Positions 1-13,300 of a DNA stretch of 64,000 nucleotides are shown here, one piece after another. This stretch comes from Kudoa neothunni (taxonomy: Eukaryota > Animalia > Cnidaria), in NCBI GenBank assembly GCA_964304625.1, contig OZ199838.1, positions 5,043,489 to 5,107,488 on the forward strand, read 5' to 3'. The translations under genes and the position numbers were made by a program. The number at the start of each line of letters is the position of its first letter. Position 1 is the first letter of the stretch. The notes under the pieces are model-generated. The model was given only the letters and a program-made list of their open reading frames with translations. It searched no databases and was not told the origin of the DNA.

Positions 1-713
1 TAAGAAAATTGCCTAGGGAATATTTTAATTTTATTCTTAGACTATTATATTTAAAAAAGGACAGATAATATTTAATTAATACCATTTAAGTTACCATCAC
101 GATTCTTTATGTGCCGAAAAGATCGATTACGAAATAGGGAAAATTATAGGTGGCTGTCTAATAAAAAACGTATTGAACTTTATCACTGATCCCCTTTCTA
201 GCCAGCCGGCCGTGGCCGACACCTGCTTTAACTCATTAAGATTGTATTATTTAACAAATTTATTAAAGATAATATTTGTTAAGCTTTATTTCAATGATGT
301 TTATGAAAGCTTTCATCAGTAAAATTACATTTAAATAAGAGAAATACGTAAAATATTCTATCAGGCCAACAAACAAACACACCTCAATAACACAACAATC
401 TGTACGTATGAAAATTATTGGAACAGGGTTTGTGAAAGAATATCTCCATAGGCTTAGTTGTACAATAAATAAATACGCTTTAACTAATTTACTCTAAAGT
501 CGGAGTCAATAAACGAATAAACAAATTGATGTTAAAACCGACAATATACTCCGACATCTCACGTAAAAGTTGATTGTAGCTAGAATTCATACTTCAATAA
601 CTGTAGCAAAGCCATTACAAACAAATAACTCAAAAATATCGGTAAAATATACACACTGATAAACATAAATGTTAACTAAAAAACGTCGGCAATCATAAAT
701 CATTAAGGGCGTC

Positions 714-2135
714 TCAGCAGAACTAAAAAACATTCAACACAATTTAACACTATAATTCTACTTTCCAACGATTGCCACAATCCATACAAACCACGAAAGT
801 AGTCATAGGTTCATCTGAGCTTCTAGTTTGGGCCTAATTTATTAATGTTATTAAATATTGCGAATTAAAATCTATAATAATAATTACTTGTGTGTAAGAG
901 CAGTTGTTTTTTCCACAACGACCACACTTGAAATAATCCGCATGGATCCCCTCAGTCACAGCAAGACTGTGTTCGTGAACCGCTTCTTTGTGGATTTCTT
1001 TACGGATAGCTTTTAGTTGGTCGCTTGCCATTTCCTAATTGTAATTAATTCGACAAAAATCACCAGTTTCATATGTCTAACCTCCGAGGTCATTGTTGAC
1101 AAACGTTTAGGAGTAATATCACCGCTCACAACATTATCACGTAAAGAATTGCAGGTGTCTTTAAGATTGAAAGCTTTACTTCGAATTGAATTTTTGTATT
1201 TCGTCTTGTCAGCGTTGGCCGAGAATATTTCTATATTTTAAGAGTTGAACTATCAACCATCTATAAACAACCAATTACCTTGTTCGATTTGAAGCGCCAA
1301 ATCTTCCAACTCTATAAATACGAAAATCCAAATAGAAATAAATGCATATTTTGTATAATACTTTTATCTTCTTCAGACGAGTTCCTCTGTAGAGCTTTAT
1401 GTATCATTTGGAAACAGGCTCTTCTAACTGGATCTTTTAATTCTTCCATTTTTGCAATTTTTGGCAGAGTCTTTTCAATTGGATTACTAACAGCTTCGAC
1501 CTGTGTGTTCTTTTCTGTGCATTAGAATGACAATTATTATTTGTGTTATTCTATTGAGTTGAAGTACGATACGAACGTTTCATTGGGAATATTTTCAATT
1601 CTTGTGCGACGATATTATTTTTATTACTGTTGACTGGCATACTATCCTTATTTTCGTTACTGGTATCGTCCTTGGAAGATTCAATTGGCGGTGAATTGCC
1701 ACTGATTGTCGACAAATCGTGATCGTTGTTACTATTGCTGGATTCGCTGCTAGAGTCTAACGCGTATTTGAGTTACTATGACAATACCAACAAAAATATA
1801 CCAATAAGAGTTTTCCATTTTCTCAATAAAACCTTACAATAACGTTGTACAGTCTTGTCTGGAATTTGTTTACGAGCCCTGTTGATAGTAATACCTATTT
1901 TAGTGGCCTAAAATTTTAAAAGATTTTCTTCGCGTTATCAAATATGAATACTCATACTTTTAGGATCTGAACCGTTAGTGATAATGTCTCTAACGTCTTA
2001 ATGTGACCTAGCAACTCTTCGAAATCCTACAACAAAAGGGCGTATGATCAAGACACAAATCTAAAATTCACACACTTGTTTGTCCTCATCTAAGAAAAGG
2101 TCGATATGGTACTTGATTAATAAAATACGATCCAT
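714..2135 (-). CDS. TCEA: Transcription elongation factor TFIIS (multi-exon)
   Basis: Spliced N-terminus MDRILLIK...LKATKIGITINRARK...LLRKWKTLI (TFIIS N-terminal domain). C-terminal zinc ribbon FKCGRCGKNNCSYTQ/AQTRSSDEPMTTFVVCMDCGNRWK/FC* with the acidic DE hairpin. Short GT-AG introns. Confidence 0.93.
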
Positions 2136-2339
2136 CCGTTTCAAACCACCCTCTTTATGATCCCAACTGGTGCATGCGCGAGATGCAACGAGGTCATGAT
2201 AGGGACCAAAATTGCCACAGCGGGCTTGAAATTTTGATAAAAAAGGTATGTGCCTTTTAGGCCTGAACCTGCTTTGTTGCATAATGATGGGTTTAATTTT
2301 CGACTTGTCAATAATTGGTTGTTTGATATTCGTAAATGT

Positions 2340-5300
2340 CTACTTAGTAACAAATAAGAGGGATTGTGATAGTTGATAGTTAGCTATGCTCTCTGGAAGC
2401 GAAACCGTTCGTTTTCCTGATCCAAGATGAATGTGATAATTAACACATATATACAAGTTTATGGCTGATATAAAGTGCATTTTTTTGATTATTCTGCTTG
2501 TTTGCTCATTGTTCATTATTGTGGGGCTTAATCAAATTTTGTGCCACAAGTAACACACCTTTGTAAGATAGTTCATTCAAAACTCTGATATTCTAAGGAT
2601 TGTTAATATAATGAAAGTTTCTGCTGCAATAGATAATCCTCGCAATTGATTGGTATAGAATCCGCGAAAATCATTGTTTTATCGGTCGCCAATAGTATTT
2701 GATGTGCTATTTGTTGTCCGGCTAACTTGAATTAAAGCTTAACTCATTTTTATTCGCCTTTATTACTCATTTCCGTCAGTTAAGAGAACAATACTGTGCT
2801 TCAATATCCATTCCTCTATTGATCCTAAAATAAGGTATGTGTAAATAAAACCCCAATATTACCCAACAAATGTTTCAAATTTTGGCTGTTTTTAGTTTCT
2901 AGAAAAAGAAAAATTCACCACAAAACAGTTCTTTTCGGCATATTTTAAAATTGAGTCAGTATATTCTAATTTTCGAGTTAATTTCGCACCCCCTCCTCCA
3001 TGTGTAAGTCAAAGCTTAACTTTCCTTTTTATACAAATGCGAAAATAATAATTTAAGTGAAAAAAGTCTTCAAATTGTATCTTTTATTACCTTAGTTGAT
3101 ATTTTAACTGATAGATTTTTCTAATTATTTCTAAAATGGAATGATTGAAATAACAATTTTTGATTAATTCAATTTGCTAAGCATTATTTAACCCTTCGAT
3201 ACGGGGGGAAAAACTTACGCACATGTCTGAAGGTGGACACTAGGTCTACCCCCAAAAAGTATTGAAATATATAAATGAACAATGAATTATTTATAAAAAC
3301 ACGTTTTACATTATATTTACTTTCTTTATTCTTCACGAGTGGATTGATCGCACATACTCCAAGTTATACGGCATCGTTTATTGGGAGATCTGTTAGAAAC
3401 ACCATAATGTCCGCATTTTCTGGGCTTATTGCTTGTCTTTTCATTGTTATTTTTTGGAATTGTTTTAAATTCCTCTAACATTTCTACTGACAGCTTTTTG
3501 AGGAATTATCTTTTGCATTGAAACTTGTATTAACTAAGCATTTGAGGGTACTAGTCCCATGCAACTGAAATGCTTTGTGTACTGCCGCGCCTGTTATGTT
3601 GTATAATACAGCTAATATCCAGCGTCTATTACACTAATCTCAACATTTTTGATCTTATCATACCCCTCCTTTTTAGGATAATAAATTCTTGCCTCTAAGT
3701 ATTTTTATGCAAAATAGTCATTATTTTAAATATTATGAATAATAAATATTTATACTTGAATGGACGAATTGTTGATGCGATAATTAATATGGGTACATCT
3801 AAAGTTAACTACATACTTACATGTATAGTAAAAATTTGGGATAGTTTTCACAGAAAAAATTTTTCATTAATTCGTCGGCTTAAAAAATGATTTGAATACA
3901 AAAGTTAACTTATGTAAATATTTTTTAATCTTCGTGGTTAAATTAAAGTAGGAAACTTCCTTATAATAGTATTCTTGGATCTGATAAAAACTTTACGCAG
4001 AACGAACAATGAGAAATTCCCACGTCTGATGAACCCCTGACACTTGTTCACTGAAACCAAAAGGTTCGGTTAAATCCCAGTTAGGAATCACTGATGTAAA
4101 ACCTTAGTTTATATCAAATATATATTAAGAATTTTTTCGCCTTTCGATTCAAATTGGCTGAGAATATTACCTGTCATTGTCCGCCCCTCGCAGGAATGAC
4201 GTTTGATGAGTCCTCGATTTCTGTATCGCTGTCAAAATCAGGGTTACTCTCAATGGTTCCATCAATAATTGTGTTTATATCCTCACTATTTTTGGGTCGA
4301 CTTATGTTAGAATCTTTTGATGAAATAAACATAAAACCCTCGTCGTTATTCATTGTTAGGCTGATGACCTCCTACGAAAATCCCGTTTTATCCAAAAAAT
4401 GGCGTGGAATATTCCAGAATAATGGAGAATAGCATAGATGTATCGGTAAAGTTTGAGAATATATTAGAAACTACTGGGAAAATATTAAAACTAAGATAAC
4501 TCCGTGCTTGACTAGATAATCGCACAGTCCACGATCATTTGTAGACGTATCTCAATTGAATACACATAAAAATGACACTTTGGAAAAAATAAGAAATAAA
4601 TTTTTTAATTAAGTTTCTTTGCTAGTTCGACTTATCAAAACCTCATTGTTATGAATTTATAATGCATTACCTAGAAAACCATGGGGATATACTGAAATGT
4701 CATTCTCTTAAACGTTTGGAAGTGAACATTCCCTTTGGAATTTGTGCAACTATAACTCATTTTAACCTGACTAACTTTAATTGGAAATATAGAATATTTA
4801 TTTCAGAATCGGTACGTAAAATATCAATATTATAAAACTTTTATTAGAATAGTAAATTTTAAACGCACTTTATTGGGCAGCGTGTCCACCTCCAGGCATG
4901 CGAGGAACTTTTTTTAAATCAACGATTTATATATCGTAGACTTAAAAAAAATTATCTGGAATCTAATATACGAAATTAAAATTCCATTGTAATAAAATAC
5001 AAGAAATATTAATATTAAGAGACTTTAAAAAGGATATTATATTTTAAGAAAACCACCATAGTGGACACTCTGTCCACGTCCAGGCATCGGAGGGTTAAGT
5101 AGGATGAATAATACCTTTCCCTACCTCATAACTCAACACTGAATGATTGAAGTTATTATTTATTTTTGCTTGAACTTATCATTTTTATGTAATAAATAAA
5201 TATGATTAAAAATGTTTTTATAATTATTTCAAAATATTAGGAACAAAAAAATTATATAAAAATTATAGTCGCTTAATAATGCTTTGTATCTAAAGGAGAA

Positions 5301-5560
5301 AATCCAATAATTCAAATGAAAATAACCAATTAATATAATTCAAAAAAAGTGAAAATTAATATTTATTTGTTCTGGAGACTTTTTTGCTCTCGCTGGTTTC
5401 TGACAAGTAGTTCTAAGCGTAGCACTTTGTTGGTCAATAAGACACCCAACTCTTCTTGGAGTTGAATGAACCCCGATACTTATTTTTTGTATACAGTAAA
5501 GTCGAGAAGCCTATCTCATATGCCATCATGCGCTAAATAAACCAAACGACCGCCTTACTC
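2340..5560 (-). other. Possible unidentified multi-exon gene upstream of TFIIS, with a piggyBac relic in an intron
   Basis: Several GC-richer blocks on the minus strand bounded by AG/GT-like sites (~5380-5480, 5115-5150, 3090-3140, 2770-2825, 2560-2735). No continuous frame or recognisable homology; bounds are approximate. Confidence 0.2.
3192..5094 (-). mobile_element. Decayed piggyBac-type transposon
   Basis: TTAA flanks at 3188-3191 and 5095-5098; CCCT(T/C)CGAT termini; subterminal GTGGAC..GTCCAC repeats. Minus-strand remnants RRWILAVLYNITGAAVHKAF and a degenerate Cys-rich tail RKCGHY...KRCRITWSMCDQ. Confidence 0.85.
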
Positions 5561-6949
5561 TATATTGAGTCAAATTTTAATTTAATGTTTGAGCTGGTGA
5601 ATTAATAAAAGGCTAATAAATCTAAAAAATATGCCTTATAAATGTATATGGATAAAAGTGACTAATGCAAACTGTTAGATTTGGCATTTATTTATTAAAG
5701 TGTATGAATGGATGTTATTATTAAAAATGTATAAACTTTTTAAACGACAATTTAGCTATAATTCATACCAGAGAACAGGTACAAATTTAAACACAAGCCC
5801 CGAAAAGTAACAATAAAGACTATACAATTAAATGATGGATCTCGAATTCAAGCGGAGGAAAAAGTTAAAAACCCATTGTAGTTTGATTTTTAAGGATATA
5901 AGTCATTTCGAAATGGATAAAAATGATGATAACCTAATCATACGTTATGTATATAATTATGTTACTTTATAAGATAACAAAGTTACAGTCGTGTATAATA
6001 ATAGACAGTGCACGATTTCATACGTTGAATAGACTTACCGCAAACTATTACCTTATTGCGCTATTTCATTCATTCTTTCTTTCAATCAAGTCTAATACAC
6101 TATTTATGTTAAATTAGTTTCATATCGAATTTTTCTAATAAAAAATATTATTACACATATCTATGTCTGAATGATTTAAAGAGGAAATAACTAAAAGTAC
6201 GCAATAAATGTATTAAGATTTATTATAGAATGATTCCCGCGTCCTCCGTAAGGAAGCACTGTCTTAGATTAAGTGATAATCAAATGTTTTAGTAATAATT
6301 ATTCAAAAGTTATTGTAAAAATAATAAATGATGTTGATATAAATCATAAGGAATCGACATTATACAATATTCTAATAACATTATAAAATGTGTTTTGTGG
6401 CCATGTGATAATAGAAACTATTACCAGTTGCATACAAAATTTTTTCATTCATTTAGCAGGAATCATTCAAATATTCCTTCTAGTTGTAGCTCCTCTTTCT
6501 CAAAAATTTGTAACATGGTTAAAAACAGAGTTTTTTATACAAACAAATTTATCCGATAAAACATAAAACAAAGTAAATAAAAAGTCATTCCAAACTACAT
6601 AGGTAGAGTTTTCGTGAAGTTAATTTTACGAATTAAAAAATAATTCTTTAGAAAATGAGACTCTGAAATATAATATTTACAAATTCAAAGTCTTACAGTT
6701 TTATAAGAAGCAAACGAATTTATTTGGTATTTATCAAATTTCAAGGAGCAACTTCATCACTGGGTGAAAATAATTATTTGAAAAAATAATAATAATCATG
6801 TTTTTGAGAAATTAAAAGAATAATATTATTTTAAATTGATTCAAAATACGCCTAATATATAAATATTGCGGAAAAAATTTTGGCTGCCTTTTGATTACGC
6901 AAAATTCACAAGTCACATGATTCAATTTCAAGCGAAAAATTAATTTTCC

Positions 6950-8777
6950 ATGAAAATTTCGCAATAACTTTACCCGGTTTCGACTTTGGTTGTGAATGCC
7001 CTTTTGACATTCGAAGAAAGATTCTTAAACAATTTGCATCGGAAAGTGTCGAACCAGTACATACTGTTGGAGTGGCAATTGCCGTAAAGGAGAATTCATA
7101 CTAGATTAACTCTTTTAATAGGTATTGCGTAGAGGAAAATAGCCTGAATTTGATGTTGCAGTACCTATAGCGTTGGATAAGCAAATCCAACTAACAAAGT
7201 TTCGTCACTGAATAAGTTAAGTCATTAATCTGACTCTATGCTTAAAAAGTCACGCTAGATAAACCAGAATTTTATTACCCAGAAGGACATGCTTGTTTCC
7301 AGTTATTCCGGATAATCTGGGATGATGTCCCATTGTAGAATAAAAATTTCATTATTTGGAATAGTTTGTTTATAAGCATTTTGGATTAACTGTATGTTAT
7401 TTTGTTTTGGTTGATGTCTTAGATTGTTTTTTAACTTCTCATGCTACTTTCTAATTTATATTGCTAATAAAATATGACGTTACACATTTTTTTCTTAAAC
7501 GAATATACAGCTATAATCGATTTTATTTTTCAAATACAAGTCTTTGTAAACTTCTGAACATCATTTAATCCTACGCCTGCATCATTAAAAATCTCCATTT
7601 GATAACATCAAAGTATAAGGGATTATTCCAACGAGTAGGAAAAAGTCGATAGAACGCAATAAAGAATTTTCAAACATTCTATGATTTTTGACTTTCAACT
7701 TTAACTTCTTCCTAATATAATGTTCCTTTTTTGCAGTATGGTTCTTGTAGCCAGGCTAATTTCCACTGATCAAATCCAGTTTATAGTAAACCATGCATAC
7801 ATCCTTTTTTGGAAATCATTACAAAAATTAATTTAGAATCAGCAGGTGGCACGGATCAACATAACAAATTTTTACCTATTTTCTAATGAGACCTTCGACC
7901 ATAGTCCTTGTATTAACTGTAGCCATGTGGTCTATTTTCAAGTGGACAATTCGGATTTTTACGCCCACCTTAAGGAAGAGCATCCTGTACTAGAAGAAAT
8001 CAATGGTACCTATTCAAACACATTATTTGATCTCTCGCTAAGAAACGTCTCAACCCTCACCGCCACCATTTTAACTAATGATACTCGTAAAAAAGTGGAT
8101 ACATTGAGATATTCTTTCCAAACGAAACCATTTACAGCGCTATTGGTGGACGATAGAGCGTTGTGGAGCTTGTATTGGAAAGCTGGACTTAACGTATCTA
8201 TTGAGTAGCTAAGTTAGACATTGATTTTTTAGAATTTTACTGATTCGTATATGAAATAGAATATTTTGCTATCCAAATGGAGGATTGTACTGCCAAAAGA
8301 AATGCTCACCTCGAGACAGTAAAAGTTTGTGCGAATTCGGTACAGCCGAACCTATAACTACAGGGTTTGATTACGACAAAAACTTTTGTGATTTTAGCCC
8401 ATGTATCGATGGAAAAATATGCGTTATGACGGTATAGAGATGGTGATGAATATTGGGAATGAAAAATTTTCTATAGAGTACGTTTGAATTTGTTTGTATT
8501 GAAGTTGATAAACAAAGCAAAGCTAGTTTCACCGAAAATCTGCTTTTTGCAAGTACCTTATGAACTTATTCCAAATAAGTCTATCTAATTTATTCGTCTA
8601 TAGTACCGTTAAATATTATTTTTAAAAATTTTGCTATATTTCTTGTGAACTGTTTATTGGTAGCATTGATCGTCAAAACATCGATTCAACTGAGTCAAAG
8701 TTCGAAAAGTATGTGTCGTGAGTAACGTTTGTTTTTTGAGATACTATTTAGATGCGTACAAACAAATACCATCGTAA
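6950..8777 (+). CDS. Putative type I membrane glycoprotein, LAMP/GLMP-like (lysosomal) architecture
   Basis: Exon ~7838-8193 is rich in N-X-S/T sequons (NIT, NET, NCS, NGT, NVS, NDT). Penultimate exon encodes a hydrophobic helix FAIFLVNCLLVALIV. Last exon is NAYKQIPS* with a YxxI motif. The 5' exons and some exon phases are uncertain. Confidence 0.5.
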
Positions 8778-9023
8778 CTATGAGATATATTCTAGATAAA
8801 TTCCGAATTACCTAACTCAATATTTTATTAAATATTTTTTCAGCCCAAATTTCTTATCTAATATACTTGCTTTAAGAATATATAATTATTTCCTTTTTCT
8901 AATATTAATTACGTATTCTATCGAGCCTCACAGCTTTTATTCAGCGTTGCTAGGATTTCTAACAAATGTACCTAGTCTAACACCTCGAAAGGAGCAATTA
9001 CAATTTTGTGCTAAAAATACCTC

Positions 9024-10008
9024 ATGAAACGCTTTACAGTATGCAGCTTTATAATAATTTTTAATGCTCTAAAAATATTAAATGATGAGTACATACGCAA
9101 ACAATTTACCGAAGTAAATGTTTGAATTAATCGATAAAACTCAACCATAGACTTGAATGATGATTAGGAGGACGGAGAAAAGAAATTCAACATAGAAGCG
9201 TCACCTCAAAGTTTGGTAAAAAGATTTGTATATTTTTATATAAGAAACATTTGATTCAGTTAGGAGACTCAATGTTGGTCAAAATGAGAGGAATGGATGG
9301 CCCAGATGGAAAAGATGGACCTCCCGGCCCTCCAGGTCCTCCTGGTATGGCTGGCCCCATTGGACTAAAGGTAATTTTATTGTTCAATACATGTAGTTAA
9401 AAAATAAACTTTCAGGGACCTAAAGGTGATACTGGTGATTGCTCTCCACTACAAGTAAATTATTTCCTCTTTACTTTAATACATTTGAATAAATTTTGCT
9501 GATGAGATGTCTCTTCTAAAAATCAATCAATTAATTTTAAAATAATTTAATCAATAATGATAACTTTAAAGTTAAATGCCATTTTATAAAATTTCTAGTG
9601 TGAAAGTATCAACTTGATGCCTTTGATTGCTCGAGTGACCGCGCTAGAGAGGTACGCTACAGCAGGCGGTCAAGGAATGTCTGGAGGAGCTAAAGCAGAC
9701 GCAAGCATTCCATTTGAGTTGGAAAAACCTCTTTCAATAGCTGGAGGTGGCGGCGCCGGCGGTGGTATTGGATTCGTACAGGGTAACGGTATTGCGGGTG
9801 GAGGTAAATTTTTCGATCAACAAATAAAGATCTGATCACTTGAATTTTAGCTGGTGGTGGTATTGGAGGAGGTATCGCCTCATCAAACAAGGCGTCTAAT
9901 CGATCTAGCCTAGAAGAAGGCAACCCCACGGCGGCTAATCCTAATCCTAGTCTCAGCGGATCAAATAACTCATCAAAACACCAAAACGTAACAATTCCTA
10001 CTGCTTAA
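9024..10008 (+). CDS. Small protein (~215 aa) with 12 Gly-X-Y collagen triplets, a Cys pair, a short coiled coil and a Gly-rich tail
   Basis: Six exons join in frame via GT-AG introns: MKRFTVCSFIIIFNAL.../EDGEKK.../LGDSMLVKMR-GMDGPDGKDGPPGPPGPPGMAGPIGLK/GPKGDTGDCSPLQ/CESINLMPLIARVTALER...GG/AGGGIGGG...IPTA*. Confidence 0.8.
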
Positions 10009-10340
10009 TTAAACAACTATCCAATATGAATGTAATTTAACTCTTATTCCTAAAGGTTGAAGCTATGCCGTCAAAGTCAGACTCGATAACCGATACCAAA
10101 ACCACACAAGATAGTGTATAATATTGCGATAGTATAGCACATTAGGAAACTATATAAATGTAAAAACTGTTTTATATATTTTTGCATAATATTTGAAAAA
10201 TCATATACGAAAAACATCAATAACAAAATAGCAATTAAAACTCATCTAAGGAACTATATAAGATATAAGCTGTTGGTGGATAGATACAAACATGGAGATG
10301 TGAGAAAGTAAATCATTCTCTATTAATATTGTTGTTGAAG

Positions 10341-13300
10341 TTAGGAGAAGGGAAGTTGGTTTTTTTGTTCAGTGTTGGTAGTAGAGTTGTTGTCATTTGG
10401 CAAAGTATTCGTATTATTTTGCACAGAATTATTATTATCATTATTGGCTAATTGTTCGGTGTTTTCGAGGGTAGGAGGTGATGCAGGGATGGATCGATTC
10501 GACTGGTTCTGTTCAACCAGACCGAGAAGGTTTTCCCGGAGAGAAGGCAAATAGTGTTTGATTCGAGCGTAGGTTTCGTTAAAAAAGAGCATTTTACCAT
10601 TTCTAGGTTCATTAAGTTCATTCGACGCATCAGCACTCGAGTGGGAATCAATATCAAACACACCAAGTGTAAACATTACAAAAAGGATATTTTTGATCAT
10701 TTCGGGAATGGCTTCAAGAACAATATCATCATGTTGGGATGCATTGAGTAGATCAATGTAAAGTTGTAGTAGATTTAGCCATAACACCTCAAAATTAGCC
10801 AACGAATGTAAAATGCTGATATTTTGGAGGAAAATTTTGCCGACCATTGACATAATCTTGAGGAAAGTTGTCTTGTAATTGGTAGTGTTGGAGGTATTAA
10901 GAGCTTTGGACTTGAGTTGAAGAATTGAAACCAACAACGGTAGCAATACTTCGTGGAAGCAACTTTCCCACTGTTTCGCCGTTGCGTTCCGGAGGTGTTT
11001 GCCTTGCAACAACACATACATACGTTCATATGCATGCTCCCTTATGTGTTCTCGCTCATCAACACAAAAGAACGCAAATAATCTAAGAAAAGGACGGCAA
11101 TATGCCAATTTTTCCGATGGTTCTTCCATATAAAAAGGGCTGGTGGATGCGTTGCTCATAAAAATATTGAACAAACCATTCACACATTCAAATATATCCA
11201 GTATAGAGTTGTCAGTAGCTTGCCTAACAGAAAGAAGATTTTCAGACGTTATTTGTGACCATAAAGATGAATTTTTCGACTTTGTCTTTTTGTTGCCGTC
11301 CAACGATTTTTTGCCTTCTCTAACGGCGTTTTTGATAGTTTCAAGTTCCGTCAACTCTATGTGAATGTTGTAGGAAGCTTGAGCAAATACAAGAAGGCAA
11401 TAGCTGATTGGTATAAAGTTATAGTAATTGATATAATAGTTTGAGGTTGGTTCTTCACATTTAGGTTTAGAGTCCAAACTATTGTTATTGCTAACGTTGC
11501 TGCTACTGTTGTTATTGCTACCATTATTGATTGTAGTGGTTGCGGTAGTTAGAAAGGAAAATGTTTCGATTGATTTCAAATAGGACTGAAGATGCTTGGG
11601 CAGAAAATGTGATCGAGTAGAAGAGTTACTATCCAGAATAGTGATACCACCATTGCTGGTGGTATTTTCGTTGCTCTTACCACCATCATTTAAACTGATG
11701 TTTTCTGTGGTATTAGAATAGTATAATTCCATCATCGATTCCATTACAATCCACATATCATTGCTAGCTTCATTGAAAGCATCATGTTCGGTCCAGTTAA
11801 AGGTTGAATTTTTTGAGCTTTCATTGCTAGGAATCACCACAGGAACCGAAAACATAGCAGCTTTGTTTAGAATGACGTTTCCAGCTCCGACAATTTCCAT
11901 CAACTTCAAAATAACCACCCAATCTTTGGCCGACGTAATATGGTCACAATTGGACGCAATATGCTCGAAAATGCCGCATGCCAAATGTTTCGATAAATCT
12001 ACCAGTAGATTAGGGTCGATAAGAACCACAGATCGAAGCAAACTGGAAAAATGTTCAACACAACTGATCACATCATCGGTTGGATGATTGTACAGCTGTT
12101 GTGAGGTGGAAATCAAAATACGCAACAGTGTCATCACAATCTTCTCCACAAGATAGCTGCTGGTGTTGACAGAGCAAGCAGTCAGAATTTTGTAATAGAA
12201 ATTTTTTATTATCGTCCAAACCATCGAAAAACGCACACAATTATCAATAACAATTCTAGATATAATTTCAAGCAGGAAAACTTTGGATTTGGTATCATTT
12301 TCCAACAAAAAATAACAATCAATAATAGCACGCAACTTTTGAATGAGGGATTCAGGTTGTAGGTTTCTGCCAGACCATACCAACTTATTCATCTGGCATT
12401 CTTTGATCAATTTAATAGCTTGTTCGTATCCTGCATCAAAATTCGGCGGTTTGGGCGAATCATTAGATATAACCAGTAGTTGGTAGATCGATGAAAAAAA
12501 GTTGCTGTTATCACTGCTAACAACCGAGGAGGTCGAAGGATCGAAAAAATCCCCCTTAGAATTGGCACCCAAATTTGGCGATACGTAGGGCTGAACGATA
12601 TAGCTCGAACGAGTGTCACTGAGGAAATCGAATGTTTGTAACAACTCGTCAGGCAGCAATCTAGCTCTAAACAGCATCAAAACTGTACGCAAAACCACAT
12701 TCCATGAATCTCTCAAAAAATCTCCATTGGTAATCACGGTTCTAAAGGCCACTTGGCAGGTGATTCTAGTGGTGACATTAAATCCTATGCACATTATCAC
12801 ATCTTCGAGAGACTATAAAAATTTTCAATCTATCAACTTTTCTTTAAATAATATTACATAATCAGGATTTAGGATGTTGGAAAATTCGATCAGTTTGCTC
12901 ATCATATCGTCCACAATATCAATCATGCCAGCTTTAGAGGCCAATCGTATGCATTTGCTATAATACGTTGGTTAAATATATGAAAAAATATTATGTGTCT
13001 AGATAATGATATTCACATGGATATCTATATTTTTTTATAGTTAGGTTAATTTTGATAATATTTAATAAAATTGCATTTTCAAACTCGTGAATTTTGAGTG
13101 TAGTTTATGGAAATTAATGCATCGAAATAAATTTCTTGGTGAGAATTGAAAGTATACAACCCATTCATTAATTATTAATTTAGATAAACATTTTTCAATT
13201 AAGTTAGTAGCACGCTCTCTGAAAATCATAAATCAACTTAGCAAAGAAATTAGAGTACCATTTATTGACTGTCAGAATAAAGAACGACGTCTAATTAAAC

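Noticed and set aside
198-220. GC-rich hairpin next to CTAG on the minus strand (possible Helitron 3' end or RNA structure)
   Set aside because: Short stem, not followed by the expected T, and no matching 5' end found.
9024-10008. Calling the collagen gene a minicollagen or nematogalectin
   Set aside because: No six-Cys domains, polyproline stretches or galectin domain are visible.
10372-12861. Antisense and alternative-frame ORFs overlapping GBF1 (likewise over CAP, PRPF6 and TRAPPC10)
   Set aside because: Shadow ORFs of real coding exons with no independent protein features.
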